From IMG/VR virus record IMGVR_UViG_3300029286_000012: a DNA stretch of 64,000 nucleotides. The stretch is one strand, 5' to 3'. The stretch comes from a virus. A model generated the notes under the pieces. That model saw only the letters and a list, made by a program, of their open reading frames with translations. It ran no database searches and had not been told where the DNA came from. The position numbers and the translations under genes are program-made. Positions 51,818 to 61,805 of this stretch are shown here, piece after piece (the first letter of the stretch is position 1; each line of letters begins with the position of its first letter).

Positions 51818-52737
51818 AGAATAAACTTTGGGTAGAGAAATATCGTCCACACACTGTGCAAGACTATGTGTTCGTTGATGAAAGACAAAAGAAACAAGTA
51901 GAAGGCTGGGTACGTGATGGTAGTATTCCACACTTGTTATTATCAGGTGACCCGGGTACAGGCAAGACCACTCTTGCTAAAGTATTGATACACGAACTTG
52001 GTGTAGAAGAATATGACGTATTAGAAATTAACGCTAGTAGAGAAAACGGTGTTGACAATATGCGTGATAAGATTAATGGCTTTGTTCAAACAATGCCGTT
52101 CGGTAAATTTAAAGTAGTATTGTTAGATGAGGCTGATTATTTAACACAAGCTTCCCAAGCCGCATTGCGTAATGATATGGAAGCATATGCTGATACAGTA
52201 AGATATATTCTAACTTGTAACTATCAACATAAGATTATCCCTGCATTGAAGTCACGATGCCATGAATTTCATATTGCAAAGACAGACCAAACAGAGTTCA
52301 CTGCACGTGCGGCTACAGTATTGGTTACTGAGAATGTTGAATTTGATTTAGATGATTTAGATAGTTATGTTCGTGCAACATATCCAGACTTGCGTAAATG
52401 TTTAAATCAATTGCAGGTTAATAGTAATAATGGCAAATTGATGAAGCCACAAGCACAGGGTAGTAGTGAACATGAGTTATTGTTAGAAGCAACACAATTA
52501 TTTAAAGCAGGTAAGATATTAGAGGCACGGCAACAGTTGATGCAATATATCGCTATGTATCCTACACGTATTGAAGATTGTTATCGTTGGATGTATGAGA
52601 ATTTAGATTTGTGGGGTAACTCACAGGAACGTAAAGATGCAAGCATCATTACTATTCGAAATGGTTTAGCAAATCTGCCACTAGTAGGTATTCCTGAAAT
52701 CAGTTTGGCAGCAACACTGGTGGAGTTAACAGCGTGA
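51814..52737 (+). CDS. Clamp loader large subunit (gp44/RFC-like)
   Basis: LWVEKYRP, GDPGTGKTT, INAS, LDEAD, SRC. Confidence 0.95.
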   Translation: MKNKLWVEKYRPHTVQDYVFVDERQKKQVEGWVRDGSIPHLLLSGDPGTGKTTLAKVLIHELGVEEYDVLEINASRENGVDNMRDKINGFVQTMPFGKFKVVLLDEADYLTQASQAALRNDMEAYADTVRYILTCNYQHKIIPALKSRCHEFHIAKTDQTEFTARAATVLVTENVEFDLDDLDSYVRATYPDLRKCLNQLQVNSNNGKLMKPQAQGSSEHELLLEATQLFKAGKILEARQQLMQYIAMYPTRIEDCYRWMYENLDLWGNSQERKDASIITIRNGLANLPLVGIPEISLAATLVELTA

Positions 52738-53003
52738 GATATTTATTGATTACATTTATGAGAAGACCGGGAGGTCAGATTGATGAGTCAGTTGCAGTAA
52801 GTAAGAAAGTTAAACCAGCAGATTTACAAACCTGTAATGTTATCATTGACTATGCAAAGAAAAAAGTAGACAAGTGTGTAATTGAAGGTAAGGTAGTTGA
52901 TACTGATTTTGATAAGATGAACACATACTATAAGAAAGTATATACTAATCTGATTGAACAATTGGAAAAAGAAGCGGCTATTACCGCAAATTCACAAAAC
53001 TGA
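52734..53003 (+). CDS. Hypothetical protein
   Basis: GTGA overlap with GGAG RBS. Confidence 0.6.
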   Translation: MRYLLITFMRRPGGQIDESVAVSKKVKPADLQTCNVIIDYAKKKVDKCVIEGKVVDTDFDKMNTYYKKVYTNLIEQLEKEAAITANSQN

Positions 53004-53026
53004 AAAAGGGGCTTAAGCCCCTTTTT
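53003..53026. terminator. Bidirectional intrinsic terminator
   Basis: A5-GGGGC-ttaa-GCCCC-T5 between convergent genes. Confidence 0.9.
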
Positions 53027-53027
53027 C

Positions 53028-53816
53028 TTATGCGTACATCTTTAGGATGTGTTCAATAATTTTGTGACGTTGTATGTCACGCATATCAAACTTGCAAGAC
53101 GCTAAACCTGGAATCACCCCCTTTCCACTCTCTAGCTTTGTTAAAAGGTCTAGGAGGCCATTCTCAGGCGTGCGTCTATCTGTCTGTTCTACATCACCAG
53201 TGATGACAATCTTACTACCGATCCCGATACGTGTCATAATCATTTTTAACTGGCTTGGGGTTGCATTTTGAGCTTCATCAAGTACAATCCAACTGTTTTT
53301 AAAGTTGCGACCTCTACAGAACGCTAGTGGAGCTATCTCTACTATTTGTTCTTCTAACATATCGGCAATTTCTTTAGTTGAATAATACTCACGTAATACA
53401 TCTAATAAAGGTCTTGTCCAAGGTTCCATCTTTTGATTGATATCCCCTGGTAAAAAACCATGTTTTTCATCATCAACACCTACTGCGGGTCTGGATAGAA
53501 TAATCCTATCACAGTCTCCGTTTCGCATTGCTTTGATAGCGGCTTGCATTGCAAGATATGTTTTTCCTGTCCCTGCAGGTCCCGAAACCACGACTATATC
53601 TGTCTTGTCATCAAGTAGTGCTAATATGTATTTTTCTTGATTAATGGATTTTGGGATGAGTTCTACGGATTTACGTACCCTTGGTTTTTGCGTTACTTGT
53701 GCTTGTGAAAAGTCAATTGTTTTTGATTCTTTCGTATAAAATGTATTTCCTTCTTTTTTACTGTGTGAGAAGCGTGTGTCCTGTGTTCTTAATGCGCTAG
53801 TTTTTCTTTTGCTCAA
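53028..53816 (-). CDS. phoH: PhoH-family ATPase
   Basis: GPAGTGKT, GFLPGD, RGRNF, LDEAQN, TRIG, GDVEQTD. Confidence 0.95.
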   Translation of the reverse strand: MSKRKTSALRTQDTRFSHSKKEGNTFYTKESKTIDFSQAQVTQKPRVRKSVELIPKSINQEKYILALLDDKTDIVVVSGPAGTGKTYLAMQAAIKAMRNGDCDRIILSRPAVGVDDEKHGFLPGDINQKMEPWTRPLLDVLREYYSTKEIADMLEEQIVEIAPLAFCRGRNFKNSWIVLDEAQNATPSQLKMIMTRIGIGSKIVITGDVEQTDRRTPENGLLDLLTKLESGKGVIPGLASCKFDMRDIQRHKIIEHILKMYA

Positions 53817-53984
53817 GTTGTTCTCCTTTGTAGAGCGTGAGTACTCATAATACTCAATATTATTTAAGGTTAATATATATCAACATAGTAGCATACTTTT
53901 AGCACACATATAAATGATAAATATTAGGCTAATTTGGGCCTTATTCAAATCTATATATAAAATCAGATTAAGATAAATATATGC

Positions 53985-54611
53985 ATGAGTACCTTACCTA
54001 CAGCCGACGATTTTTTTGATGATGTTGATTATGTCAGCATTATCAGCACCATTAAAGGGATATACACCAGCAACGGTTCTATGTCCGTATTATTAGACTT
54101 TGAACGTGTTTTGGATGAAGCCGATTTATATGCTTTTAGAAACTGGCAACTTGGAGAATTAGTTCAAGGACCTGTTGTAAAACGATATAGTGTAGCCTGT
54201 ATGTTTATGTGGCCATACAAACTAATGCCTGACCCAACCGGGGCCAAACGTTTAGTTAAATTGGGTTGTAAAATACAATGGAAAAAAACTTCAATTCAAG
54301 TTCCAGTTGAAGTAGATGATTATGACGATTATGTACCAGGGACACGCTATCCAAAGATGAATAAAAAAGCAGTCTGGCTGGTCAACATTGAAATGCCTAA
54401 AGAAATTATGGATGACATACGTGAAGGTAGTATTGACTTAGCTGGACAGAATATTGACTTGAATGAACTTGACGATTCATATATAGATGATTTAGAGTCA
54501 GAAGATAGTGATGGTAGTGAAGATGGTGGTTTAAATCAACAGCAAGAACCGGGTATGACGGGTAATATGCCATTAGATGCTAATGCACCTCCCCCAATGG
54601 GAGCAATGTAA
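53985..54611 (+). CDS. Hypothetical late protein
   Basis: LLDFERVLD, MPDP.GA.RL; TAAATA 5 nt before ATG. Confidence 0.65.
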   Translation: MSTLPTADDFFDDVDYVSIISTIKGIYTSNGSMSVLLDFERVLDEADLYAFRNWQLGELVQGPVVKRYSVACMFMWPYKLMPDPTGAKRLVKLGCKIQWKKTSIQVPVEVDDYDDYVPGTRYPKMNKKAVWLVNIEMPKEIMDDIREGSIDLAGQNIDLNELDDSYIDDLESEDSDGSEDGGLNQQQEPGMTGNMPLDANAPPPMGAM

Positions 54612-54612
54612 T

Positions 54613-55164
54613 ATGAGTAAAATTATAATTAACGAAGGTTTAGACTATCACGACTTAGAGGGTCAATTACTACCACAAGTCACAGTAGATGAATATGCCG
54701 CGCATATGGGTAAAGACAGTGAAATTGTTACACTAGCATTTACTATTAAAAACAAACAAGCCGGTGACGATCTATGTGATTGGTTTGAGCGTGGGTATGA
54801 TTTTGTACTAGACGCACAGGTTAGTGATGGTGAAATAAGTCCCGGGCGATATCTGGTGTTTGTAGAAATGAATCGTAGAAGTAGTGTTCCATCACGTATC
54901 ATTGAGTTATTAGAAGATTTAAAAACACTAACTGATATGAAATTAAGTGATTGGACTGTTATGATTGATAGTGAAGAATATGAACCAACAGAAGAAGTAC
55001 TAAAACAAGTATTAGTTTTATCACCGCATAACTATCGTGTTGAAGAAGAACGTGAAGAAGATTTAAATGAAATGAGACATCGTGCAGGATTAGATGTTAA
55101 ACCTATATACACAGATAAACAGGATGCTGAACTTAAAGCATTCAAGTCAATAGCAGGATTATAA
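54613..55164 (+). CDS. Hypothetical protein
   Basis: Likely start MSKIIINE at 54613. Confidence 0.65.
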   Translation: MSKIIINEGLDYHDLEGQLLPQVTVDEYAAHMGKDSEIVTLAFTIKNKQAGDDLCDWFERGYDFVLDAQVSDGEISPGRYLVFVEMNRRSSVPSRIIELLEDLKTLTDMKLSDWTVMIDSEEYEPTEEVLKQVLVLSPHNYRVEEEREEDLNEMRHRAGLDVKPIYTDKQDAELKAFKSIAGL

Positions 55165-55166
55165 AT

Positions 55167-55778
55167 ATGCCAACTATATTACCTAAAAAAGCAGGATATG
55201 AAGTACCAACAGCATTAGATGACGACCACTATGATGCACTAGCGTCTGACCCGTCAATTCAACAATTTCCACAAGGTAGCAGTTATGGTTCAAACACATC
55301 ATTTGGCGGGCCTTCAGCATTTGGCTCACCTTCGTCAGGAGGCTTCGGTGGCGGTTCGTTTGGTTCATCAGGATCGTTCTCAAATCCTGGCTTCAATCAA
55401 CAATCAACATCAGGCTTCGGAAGCACACAGAACATTAATCAATCAAACAGCAATCAACCAGTACTCACAGGAGCCGCACCAACAAATGCCGCCAGTGGAG
55501 CAGATGTATTAGTCGCACATGATAAAGATTCAACTGATTGGATCAACAAAAAATGGCGTCCAGTTATGGGTTGGATCTATATGCTAACTTGTACAATGGA
55601 CTTTGTTATATTCCCAATATTATGGAGCTTATTGCAAGCAATGAGCAAAGGTAGTGTTACAATGCAATGGCAACCATTGACATTACAAGGTGCTGGTCTT
55701 TACCACATCGCTATGGGTGCTGTTCTTGGTATTGCCGCATATGGCCGTACAAAAGAAAAGATTGAGGGTAAATCTTAA
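55167..55778 (+). CDS. Holin-like membrane protein (3TM/GTA-holin type) with G/S/F-rich N-terminal extension
   Basis: WRPVMGW, hydrophobic helices, LGIAAYGRT.EK. Confidence 0.65.
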   Translation: MPTILPKKAGYEVPTALDDDHYDALASDPSIQQFPQGSSYGSNTSFGGPSAFGSPSSGGFGGGSFGSSGSFSNPGFNQQSTSGFGSTQNINQSNSNQPVLTGAAPTNAASGADVLVAHDKDSTDWINKKWRPVMGWIYMLTCTMDFVIFPILWSLLQAMSKGSVTMQWQPLTLQGAGLYHIAMGAVLGIAAYGRTKEKIEGKS

Positions 55779-55779
55779 T

Positions 55780-55808
55780 TTGACTATTAACACATAAGGT
55801 GTTATACT
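55780..55808 (+). promoter_or_regulatory. Sigma70-type promoter for dnaJ, probably leaderless
   Basis: TTGACT-N17-TATACT, ATG 6 nt downstream. Confidence 0.7.
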
Positions 55809-55814
55809 ATTCAG

Positions 55815-56609
55815 ATGGATCATTATCAAACGTTGGGTGTAGCTAAAAATGCTACCCCTGACGACATAAAAAAATCATATCGTAAACTAGCAAGTAAACA
55901 TCATCCTGATAAGGGAGGAGATACTGCTACGTTCCAAAAGATAGAAGAAGCATATCGTATTCTTAGTGACCCGAATCAACGACAGCAATATGATAATCCA
56001 ATGCCTCAAGGTAATCCTTTTGGAGGATTTCAGGGTGGAGGATTTAATTTTAACGGTGATTTAAATGATTTGTTTGGACAAATGTTTCAACAACATAATC
56101 GTAGAAATCCAAACATACCCCATACATTTAGAACAACAGTTAGTGTCACACTTGAACAAGCATATTACGGAGACACGCAAAATTTAAAACTACAAACACC
56201 TAATGGCACTCATGCTATCAACATACAAATACCTAGAGGTGTAACTCACGGAGCACAAATGCGTTATGAAAACGTTATACCACACTCTATATTACTTGTT
56301 GAATTCCACGTTCAAAATCATTTAAAGTATGAAAGAAGAAATAATGATTTATACTGTAATCATACTATATCAGTTTTAGACTTAATAGTTGGTACTGAAT
56401 TTGAATTCAATACCCTCGCAGGTAAAACATTATTAGTAAAAATACCACCAAAAACACAACCGCATATGCATTTAAAAATAGCAGGAGAAGGCATGCCCAT
56501 TGTCAATAGTAATCTTTTTGGCGACCAAATCATATTGATTAAACCAATTATACCTGATATAATTGACTCTGAAATAACTGATAGCATTATGCGTTTTAAA
56601 GCTAAGTAA
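55815..56609 (+). CDS. dnaJ: DnaJ-class chaperone lacking the Zn finger (CbpA-like)
   Basis: J domain HHPD, G/F-rich linker, C-terminal GEGMP. Confidence 0.9.
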   Translation: MDHYQTLGVAKNATPDDIKKSYRKLASKHHPDKGGDTATFQKIEEAYRILSDPNQRQQYDNPMPQGNPFGGFQGGGFNFNGDLNDLFGQMFQQHNRRNPNIPHTFRTTVSVTLEQAYYGDTQNLKLQTPNGTHAINIQIPRGVTHGAQMRYENVIPHSILLVEFHVQNHLKYERRNNDLYCNHTISVLDLIVGTEFEFNTLAGKTLLVKIPPKTQPHMHLKIAGEGMPIVNSNLFGDQIILIKPIIPDIIDSEITDSIMRFKAK

Positions 56610-56632
56610 ATAAATATAAAGGAAATAATACT

Positions 56633-58909
56633 TTGACCAACTCACCCGAAATTGAAAACATTATTGAACAAGCTATTGCTTTTGCAAAAGAACGTAAACA
56701 TCAATATTGTACCGTTGAGCATTTGCTACTATCATTAATTAATCACACACCATTTAAAAAATGCTTAGATAGTTTTGGTGCTGATACTGAATTAATGACT
56801 CAGGAAGTAGGTAGCTATCTAGATGGATTACATGCTATTGAATTAAAACATATTGCAATGGAAGAAGTTCAACCACGTAAAACAAACAGTTTAGAACGTG
56901 TTATGAACCGTAGTGTAACACAAGTATTGTTCACTGGTCGTAGACAAGTTACAACGATTGATTTGTATCTAAGTATGGCAAGTGAAGGCAATAGTCACGC
57001 ACATTACTTCTTATTGAAGTATGGGATTAACAAACAAGAGTTTGTAACTCATTGGCAAAAAACATACAAGGGAGCTGAATTCACTACTAAACTAAGTGAT
57101 GGTCAAGCAGATGAAATTTTAGAAGAATATACTATCAATCTAAGTGAATTGGCTAGACAAGGTAAACTTGAACCACTAATTGGTCGTGCAAAAGAACTTG
57201 ATGAGATTGTTAATGTATTGGCTAAACGATTCAAGTCAAATGTATTAATGGTAGGTGATCCGGGAGTAGGTAAAACTGCCATCGCAGAAGGTCTTGCACA
57301 AACTATTGTTATGGGTGACTGCCCTGAATTTATTCTTAATCACGATGTATATAGTCTTGAAGTAGGTTCACTACTTGCTGGTAGCAAGTATCGCGGTGAC
57401 TTTGAAGAAAAAGTTAAGCACGTATTAGACGCATTGAACACAAAAAAGAAAGCCATATTATTCATTGACGAAGCACACACAATGAAAGGTAGTGGTGGAG
57501 GATCTGGTGGAGGAAGTGTTGACTTTGCTAATATGATTAAGCCTGCAATTACTAAAGGTACATTGAAAGTTATCGCTAGTACTACTTGGGAAGAGTACTA
57601 TGAATCATTTGAAAAGGATCGTGCGTTAATGCGTAGATTCTATCGTGTAAGTATTGACGAACCAAATAAAGATACAACTATCAGGATTCTCACTGGATTA
57701 AGTGAAAGATTGAATGACTTCCATGGTGTTGAAATTACTCCTGAATCAGTTACTGCCGCAGTAGAAAGTGCTGAACGTTATATTCACGATAGAAAAAATC
57801 CAGACAAATCTATCGACTTGCTTGATGCGGCTTGTGCTAGACAGAAAGTTGATGGCAATAGGGGAATTCAGATTACTAAAGATATGATTTTTCAGCAAGT
57901 TGAACGCTTTACAGGTGTCCCTGCTGATAAACTTAGTGGTGATAACATGGATCGTATTCAAACACTTGAAGTTAATGTCAAGGGTAAACTGTATGGACAG
58001 GATGAAACAGTTGATAAGGTACTTGAACGAGTATATGTTAGTTTTGCAGGTATTGGTAGTGAGACTAAACCTACAGCAAGTTTCTTGTTCTTAGGCCCAA
58101 CTGGTACAGGTAAAACAGAATTAGCTAAGTTGTTAAGTAAAAACTTAGAGATGCCATTGCTCAAATATGACATGAGTGAATACGGTGAAAGACATTCAGT
58201 ATCTAGTTTGATTGGACCTCCTCCTGGTTATGTTGGCTTTGGTGACAGTCAAGTAAGTGGTGGTAGATTAATCAACGACCTAAGTAAGAACCCACATAGT
58301 ATCTTGTTGTTTGACGAAGTTGAAAAAGCACACCCGGATATCTTTAACATCTTCTTGCAGATGCTAGATGAAGGGCGTGTAACTGGTAGTAACGGTAAAG
58401 AAGTTAACTGTAAGAATACTATCATTATTATGACTAGTAACTTGGGTAGTAGTGATAGTGAACGTAATAACATTGGTTTTGGTAATCAAGAAAAATCGGG
58501 TGAGGATGACAAAGCACTAAAAGAATTCTTTAAACCAGAATTCAGAAATCGTTTAGATTTGGTATGTAAGTTTAACAAATTGGATATGCTTGCGATTAAG
58601 AAGATTGTTGTTAAGTTTGCAGAACAATTAAAAGATTCATTGTTAGACAAGCACAATATTACATTGAACTTATCAGAACCTGTAGTTGAGTATTTGGCTG
58701 AACAGGGTTATGATAAGAAGATGGGCGCAAGACCGTTAGCACGTAAGATTGATGAGTTGATTCGTGTACCGTTAAGTAAGAAGATTTTATTTGAACGCAT
58801 TAAAAATAGTGTTATCACAGCGGTTATGACTGATGACGTTATTGAATATAGCGTGACACAAAAATCAATAGCAAGAGTGGGCGAAGATGGGATTATTGAA
58901 ATTAGTTAA
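56633..58909 (+). CDS. clpA: ATP-dependent Clp protease ATPase subunit ClpA
   Basis: EHLLL N-domain; GDPGVGKT and GPTGTGKT; IGF loop; FKPEFRNRLD; GARPL. Confidence 0.92.
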   Translation: MTNSPEIENIIEQAIAFAKERKHQYCTVEHLLLSLINHTPFKKCLDSFGADTELMTQEVGSYLDGLHAIELKHIAMEEVQPRKTNSLERVMNRSVTQVLFTGRRQVTTIDLYLSMASEGNSHAHYFLLKYGINKQEFVTHWQKTYKGAEFTTKLSDGQADEILEEYTINLSELARQGKLEPLIGRAKELDEIVNVLAKRFKSNVLMVGDPGVGKTAIAEGLAQTIVMGDCPEFILNHDVYSLEVGSLLAGSKYRGDFEEKVKHVLDALNTKKKAILFIDEAHTMKGSGGGSGGGSVDFANMIKPAITKGTLKVIASTTWEEYYESFEKDRALMRRFYRVSIDEPNKDTTIRILTGLSERLNDFHGVEITPESVTAAVESAERYIHDRKNPDKSIDLLDAACARQKVDGNRGIQITKDMIFQQVERFTGVPADKLSGDNMDRIQTLEVNVKGKLYGQDETVDKVLERVYVSFAGIGSETKPTASFLFLGPTGTGKTELAKLLSKNLEMPLLKYDMSEYGERHSVSSLIGPPPGYVGFGDSQVSGGRLINDLSKNPHSILLFDEVEKAHPDIFNIFLQMLDEGRVTGSNGKEVNCKNTIIIMTSNLGSSDSERNNIGFGNQEKSGEDDKALKEFFKPEFRNRLDLVCKFNKLDMLAIKKIVVKFAEQLKDSLLDKHNITLNLSEPVVEYLAEQGYDKKMGARPLARKIDELIRVPLSKKILFERIKNSVITAVMTDDVIEYSVTQKSIARVGEDGIIEIS

Positions 58910-59618
58910 AGACGTACCCGGTGTTGATTTTTATGAATATCGGGATAGTGATTACTATAACAAATACGAATACCGAGCAAGATTTCAACTTGTAGGTGTT
59001 CGTTATACATGGTATATCAAACACAATATCCAAGAACTAGTTGATAGATTGGATGCTCCTGCAGTAGGCTTAAGTTATCATCGTATTGCATATGAACGAG
59101 ATGACGTGAGGGCCAATCTTTCTAAATTAGAAAAGTTCATACATTGGCGAAATCTTATTAAAAAGAATAAAACATCTAGTATTAGAATCGAACATAATAC
59201 TGTAGCGGTGTTTAGTAATGACTTGCAAGAATTAAGAGACATTATAAATCACATTCCAGATATTGAGATAGATTATACACAGGTTCAAAAATCTGATTTT
59301 ATAGGAATTAAGCATTTTGTGCGTAAGCCTAATCATAAATTTAGAGTTTATCTAAAATCTAGACGAGTTGAGGGAACTTTTGCAGTAGACCTGAACGATA
59401 TGTTTAAGAAAAACAAGTCAATATACCCTAGTCCTGCACTAAAACATTGGGCTAAAGGCTCGATTCACAACAATCAGCATAGTTGGAGATATCGATATAG
59501 TAATGCTAGTCATTTTATTGATTATGATGACGAGAGCGTATTGAGTTATCTGGCATTAATTTATGGAGATATGCTTGGAAAACGTTACAAATTAGAAAAA
59601 CGACCTGATCCTGTTTAA
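58887..59618 (+). CDS. Hypothetical protein
   Basis: 243 aa ORF overlapping clpA end. Confidence 0.6.
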   Translation: MGLLKLVKDVPGVDFYEYRDSDYYNKYEYRARFQLVGVRYTWYIKHNIQELVDRLDAPAVGLSYHRIAYERDDVRANLSKLEKFIHWRNLIKKNKTSSIRIEHNTVAVFSNDLQELRDIINHIPDIEIDYTQVQKSDFIGIKHFVRKPNHKFRVYLKSRRVEGTFAVDLNDMFKKNKSIYPSPALKHWAKGSIHNNQHSWRYRYSNASHFIDYDDESVLSYLALIYGDMLGKRYKLEKRPDPV

Positions 59619-59653
59619 AATGATAAATACTCTAATAAAATGGAGTATTTACC

Positions 59654-59818
59654 ATGGCAAAGATTGTAACAGAATCAATTGTAATCACGTTTAGTAAGAT
59701 AGTAAAAGACAATGATGAAGGAACTAGTATCACTAGTCCTGATATCCAAGCGGCTTTAGAACAAGTTGCCCAAGAATTAATTGGTGATAGTGTAGTTGTT
59801 GAGGTTGTAAAAGCATAA
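59654..59818 (+). CDS. Small hypothetical protein (54 aa, not in ORF track)
   Basis: TAAATA 59624, GGAG RBS, MAKIVTESIVITFSK...VEVVKA*, TAATG coupling to next gene. Confidence 0.7.
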   Translation: MAKIVTESIVITFSKIVKDNDEGTSITSPDIQAALEQVAQELIGDSVVVEVVKA

Positions 59819-60183
59819 TGAGCCAAACAACCACACTCATATTATTACCACAAACTACTTGGAGTTCACAGGTTGCGAATGGTAATTCCTATACGGTTAC
59901 CGGTAATAGCCAACCGGCTGCATCATATGTTATAACTCCCAGAGCACTACAAACGGTTAATATTAACTTATCAGACGTAAATGGTAATATAATTATTCAA
60001 GCTACGTTAGCAACCAGTCCGCTTGAAAATGATTGGTTTAAAGTGTATGAGTTAGTAGCTGACAGTAACGCTAATGCAAATTCAAGTATGTACACCAACA
60101 TTGAAGGTAGCTATGTGTATATGAGAGCAAAGGTTGAGGATTTCTCTCAGGGTGTTGTTAATTTTGTAAAGTTAAGTTATTAA
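59818..60183 (+). CDS. Putative structural beta-sandwich protein
   Basis: IIIQATL...DWF...YMRAKV, resembles C-terminal domain of 3722..4489. Confidence 0.55.
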   Translation: MSQTTTLILLPQTTWSSQVANGNSYTVTGNSQPAASYVITPRALQTVNINLSDVNGNIIIQATLATSPLENDWFKVYELVADSNANANSSMYTNIEGSYVYMRAKVEDFSQGVVNFVKLSY

Positions 60184-61749
60184 ATGAGAACTATTGTCAT
60201 TATGCCGGGAGGCTTTCATCCGTTTCACGCAGGACACGCCGCATTATATAAGAGTGCAGTAAAAGCATTTAATAATGCTGATGTGTATGTAGCCGCTACT
60301 AATGACACAAAAACAAGACCATTCCCTTTTGCTATTAAAGAGAAGTTAGCAAAATTAGCCGGTGTAGCTGATAAGCACTTTGTGCAAGTTAAGAGTCCAT
60401 TCAAGGCAGAAGAAATCACACAACATTATAACCCAGATGAAGATGTATTAATCTTTGTTCGTAGTGAAAAAGATAAGAACGAACAACCCAAGCCAGGTGG
60501 TACAAAGAAAGATGGTAGTCCAGCTTACTTTCAACCTTGGACTGGTAAGAACTTACAGCCATTTAATAAACACGCATATATTGCTTACTTACCAACAGTA
60601 GAGTTTGGTCCTGGCATTACAAGTGCAAGTGAAATTCGTGCGGCATGGCCCACATTGAATGATAAACGCAAGACCGCAATGGTTATGAGTTTATATCCTG
60701 TAACACAAAAGAATCCTAAGCTTGCCGCTAATGTTGTTAAGATGTTAGATATGGGCATGGGTAACGAATTAGCAGAAGGATCATTAAACGAATTTGTCCC
60801 ACCCAGTAGTGACGATGGCGGCGGAGATAGTAGAAGTCGTAGAATAAGAAAATTATTAGAAATTGCTATACAAGTAGCAAAGCAAAAAAATGTTGATGAA
60901 TTAGGTATGATTCATGGTATGAATATGATAGCAGGTGATGAATTTTTCAATACAACAGTTGAAGGTATATTATCGGACATAACAGATAAAGAATATATGT
61001 TTGTGCTACAAAGTGCTTATAAAACAGTAAAGCAAGGTTTGGCAGAAGCAAAGAAAAAAAGAAAAAAGAAAAGTAAAAATCGTAGTCTTGGAAGATACTT
61101 CTTTCCGGGATATAGTTACTACGGTGGTGGTAGTGAATCAGGTGAGGGTGGAGGCGACGGTGGAGGAGGAGAAAGCATCAATCATAATATGACTGAAGGT
61201 CCTTTTGTACAACGTATTATGCATCCTAAGAAAGTTAGTATCTATTTAAGATTAGGTAAAGGTTCCAAGTTAGTTGCAACTGATATACCTTATGAAATAT
61301 TAGATAGCTATGTAAAGAAAGTTATTCAGAAATATCCACAGTTTAAACCTACTGATTTCTCATTCAAATCATCTGACAAAGTAACTGAAAATTTGGGTAT
61401 ACCTTATCCTACTACCTATGAACAAGAGAACAACAAGTTCAAACGTAGAGGTCCAATGCGTATAACTGCTATGACTGAGTTTGCTACACCTGGTAGTGAT
61501 GATAGAGAACCGGACGAGGAAGAAATATTGCGTCAATTAGCCGCACAATGGTGGAATGGTTCAATACAACAAATGAAGAAAGCCCAACAAACATTACAAG
61601 CAATGGGTTGGGAGATTGGTCAAGATGAATCCGATGATGACGATGCCGGTGTATTTGTTATACGAATAGGTGATGAGAACGGTGATAGCTATATTGCTTT
61701 CCCCCATAGTGAATTAGGTTTAAATGAGGATTACCTAAACGAAGAATAA
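60184..61749 (+). CDS. HIGH-motif nucleotidyltransferase (cytidylyltransferase-like) with modular C-terminal extension
   Basis: PGGFHPFHAGH, SASEIR; unrelated segments separated by (L/V/M)-x-E. Confidence 0.75.
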   Translation: MRTIVIMPGGFHPFHAGHAALYKSAVKAFNNADVYVAATNDTKTRPFPFAIKEKLAKLAGVADKHFVQVKSPFKAEEITQHYNPDEDVLIFVRSEKDKNEQPKPGGTKKDGSPAYFQPWTGKNLQPFNKHAYIAYLPTVEFGPGITSASEIRAAWPTLNDKRKTAMVMSLYPVTQKNPKLAANVVKMLDMGMGNELAEGSLNEFVPPSSDDGGGDSRSRRIRKLLEIAIQVAKQKNVDELGMIHGMNMIAGDEFFNTTVEGILSDITDKEYMFVLQSAYKTVKQGLAEAKKKRKKKSKNRSLGRYFFPGYSYYGGGSESGEGGGDGGGGESINHNMTEGPFVQRIMHPKKVSIYLRLGKGSKLVATDIPYEILDSYVKKVIQKYPQFKPTDFSFKSSDKVTENLGIPYPTTYEQENNKFKRRGPMRITAMTEFATPGSDDREPDEEEILRQLAAQWWNGSIQQMKKAQQTLQAMGWEIGQDESDDDDAGVFVIRIGDENGDSYIAFPHSELGLNEDYLNEE

Positions 61750-61805
61750 AAATATTTCGACCCCTCTTAACTAGTGTAAATATTTACATCATTTAAGAGG
61801 ACCAA

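Noticed and set aside
53817-53984. Pho box upstream of phoH
   Set aside because: No TGTCA repeats at 11-bp period; only divergent TAAATA elements
59632-59826. Minus-strand 64-aa ORF
   Set aside because: Shadow of the plus-strand 54-aa gene that has a promoter, RBS and coupling
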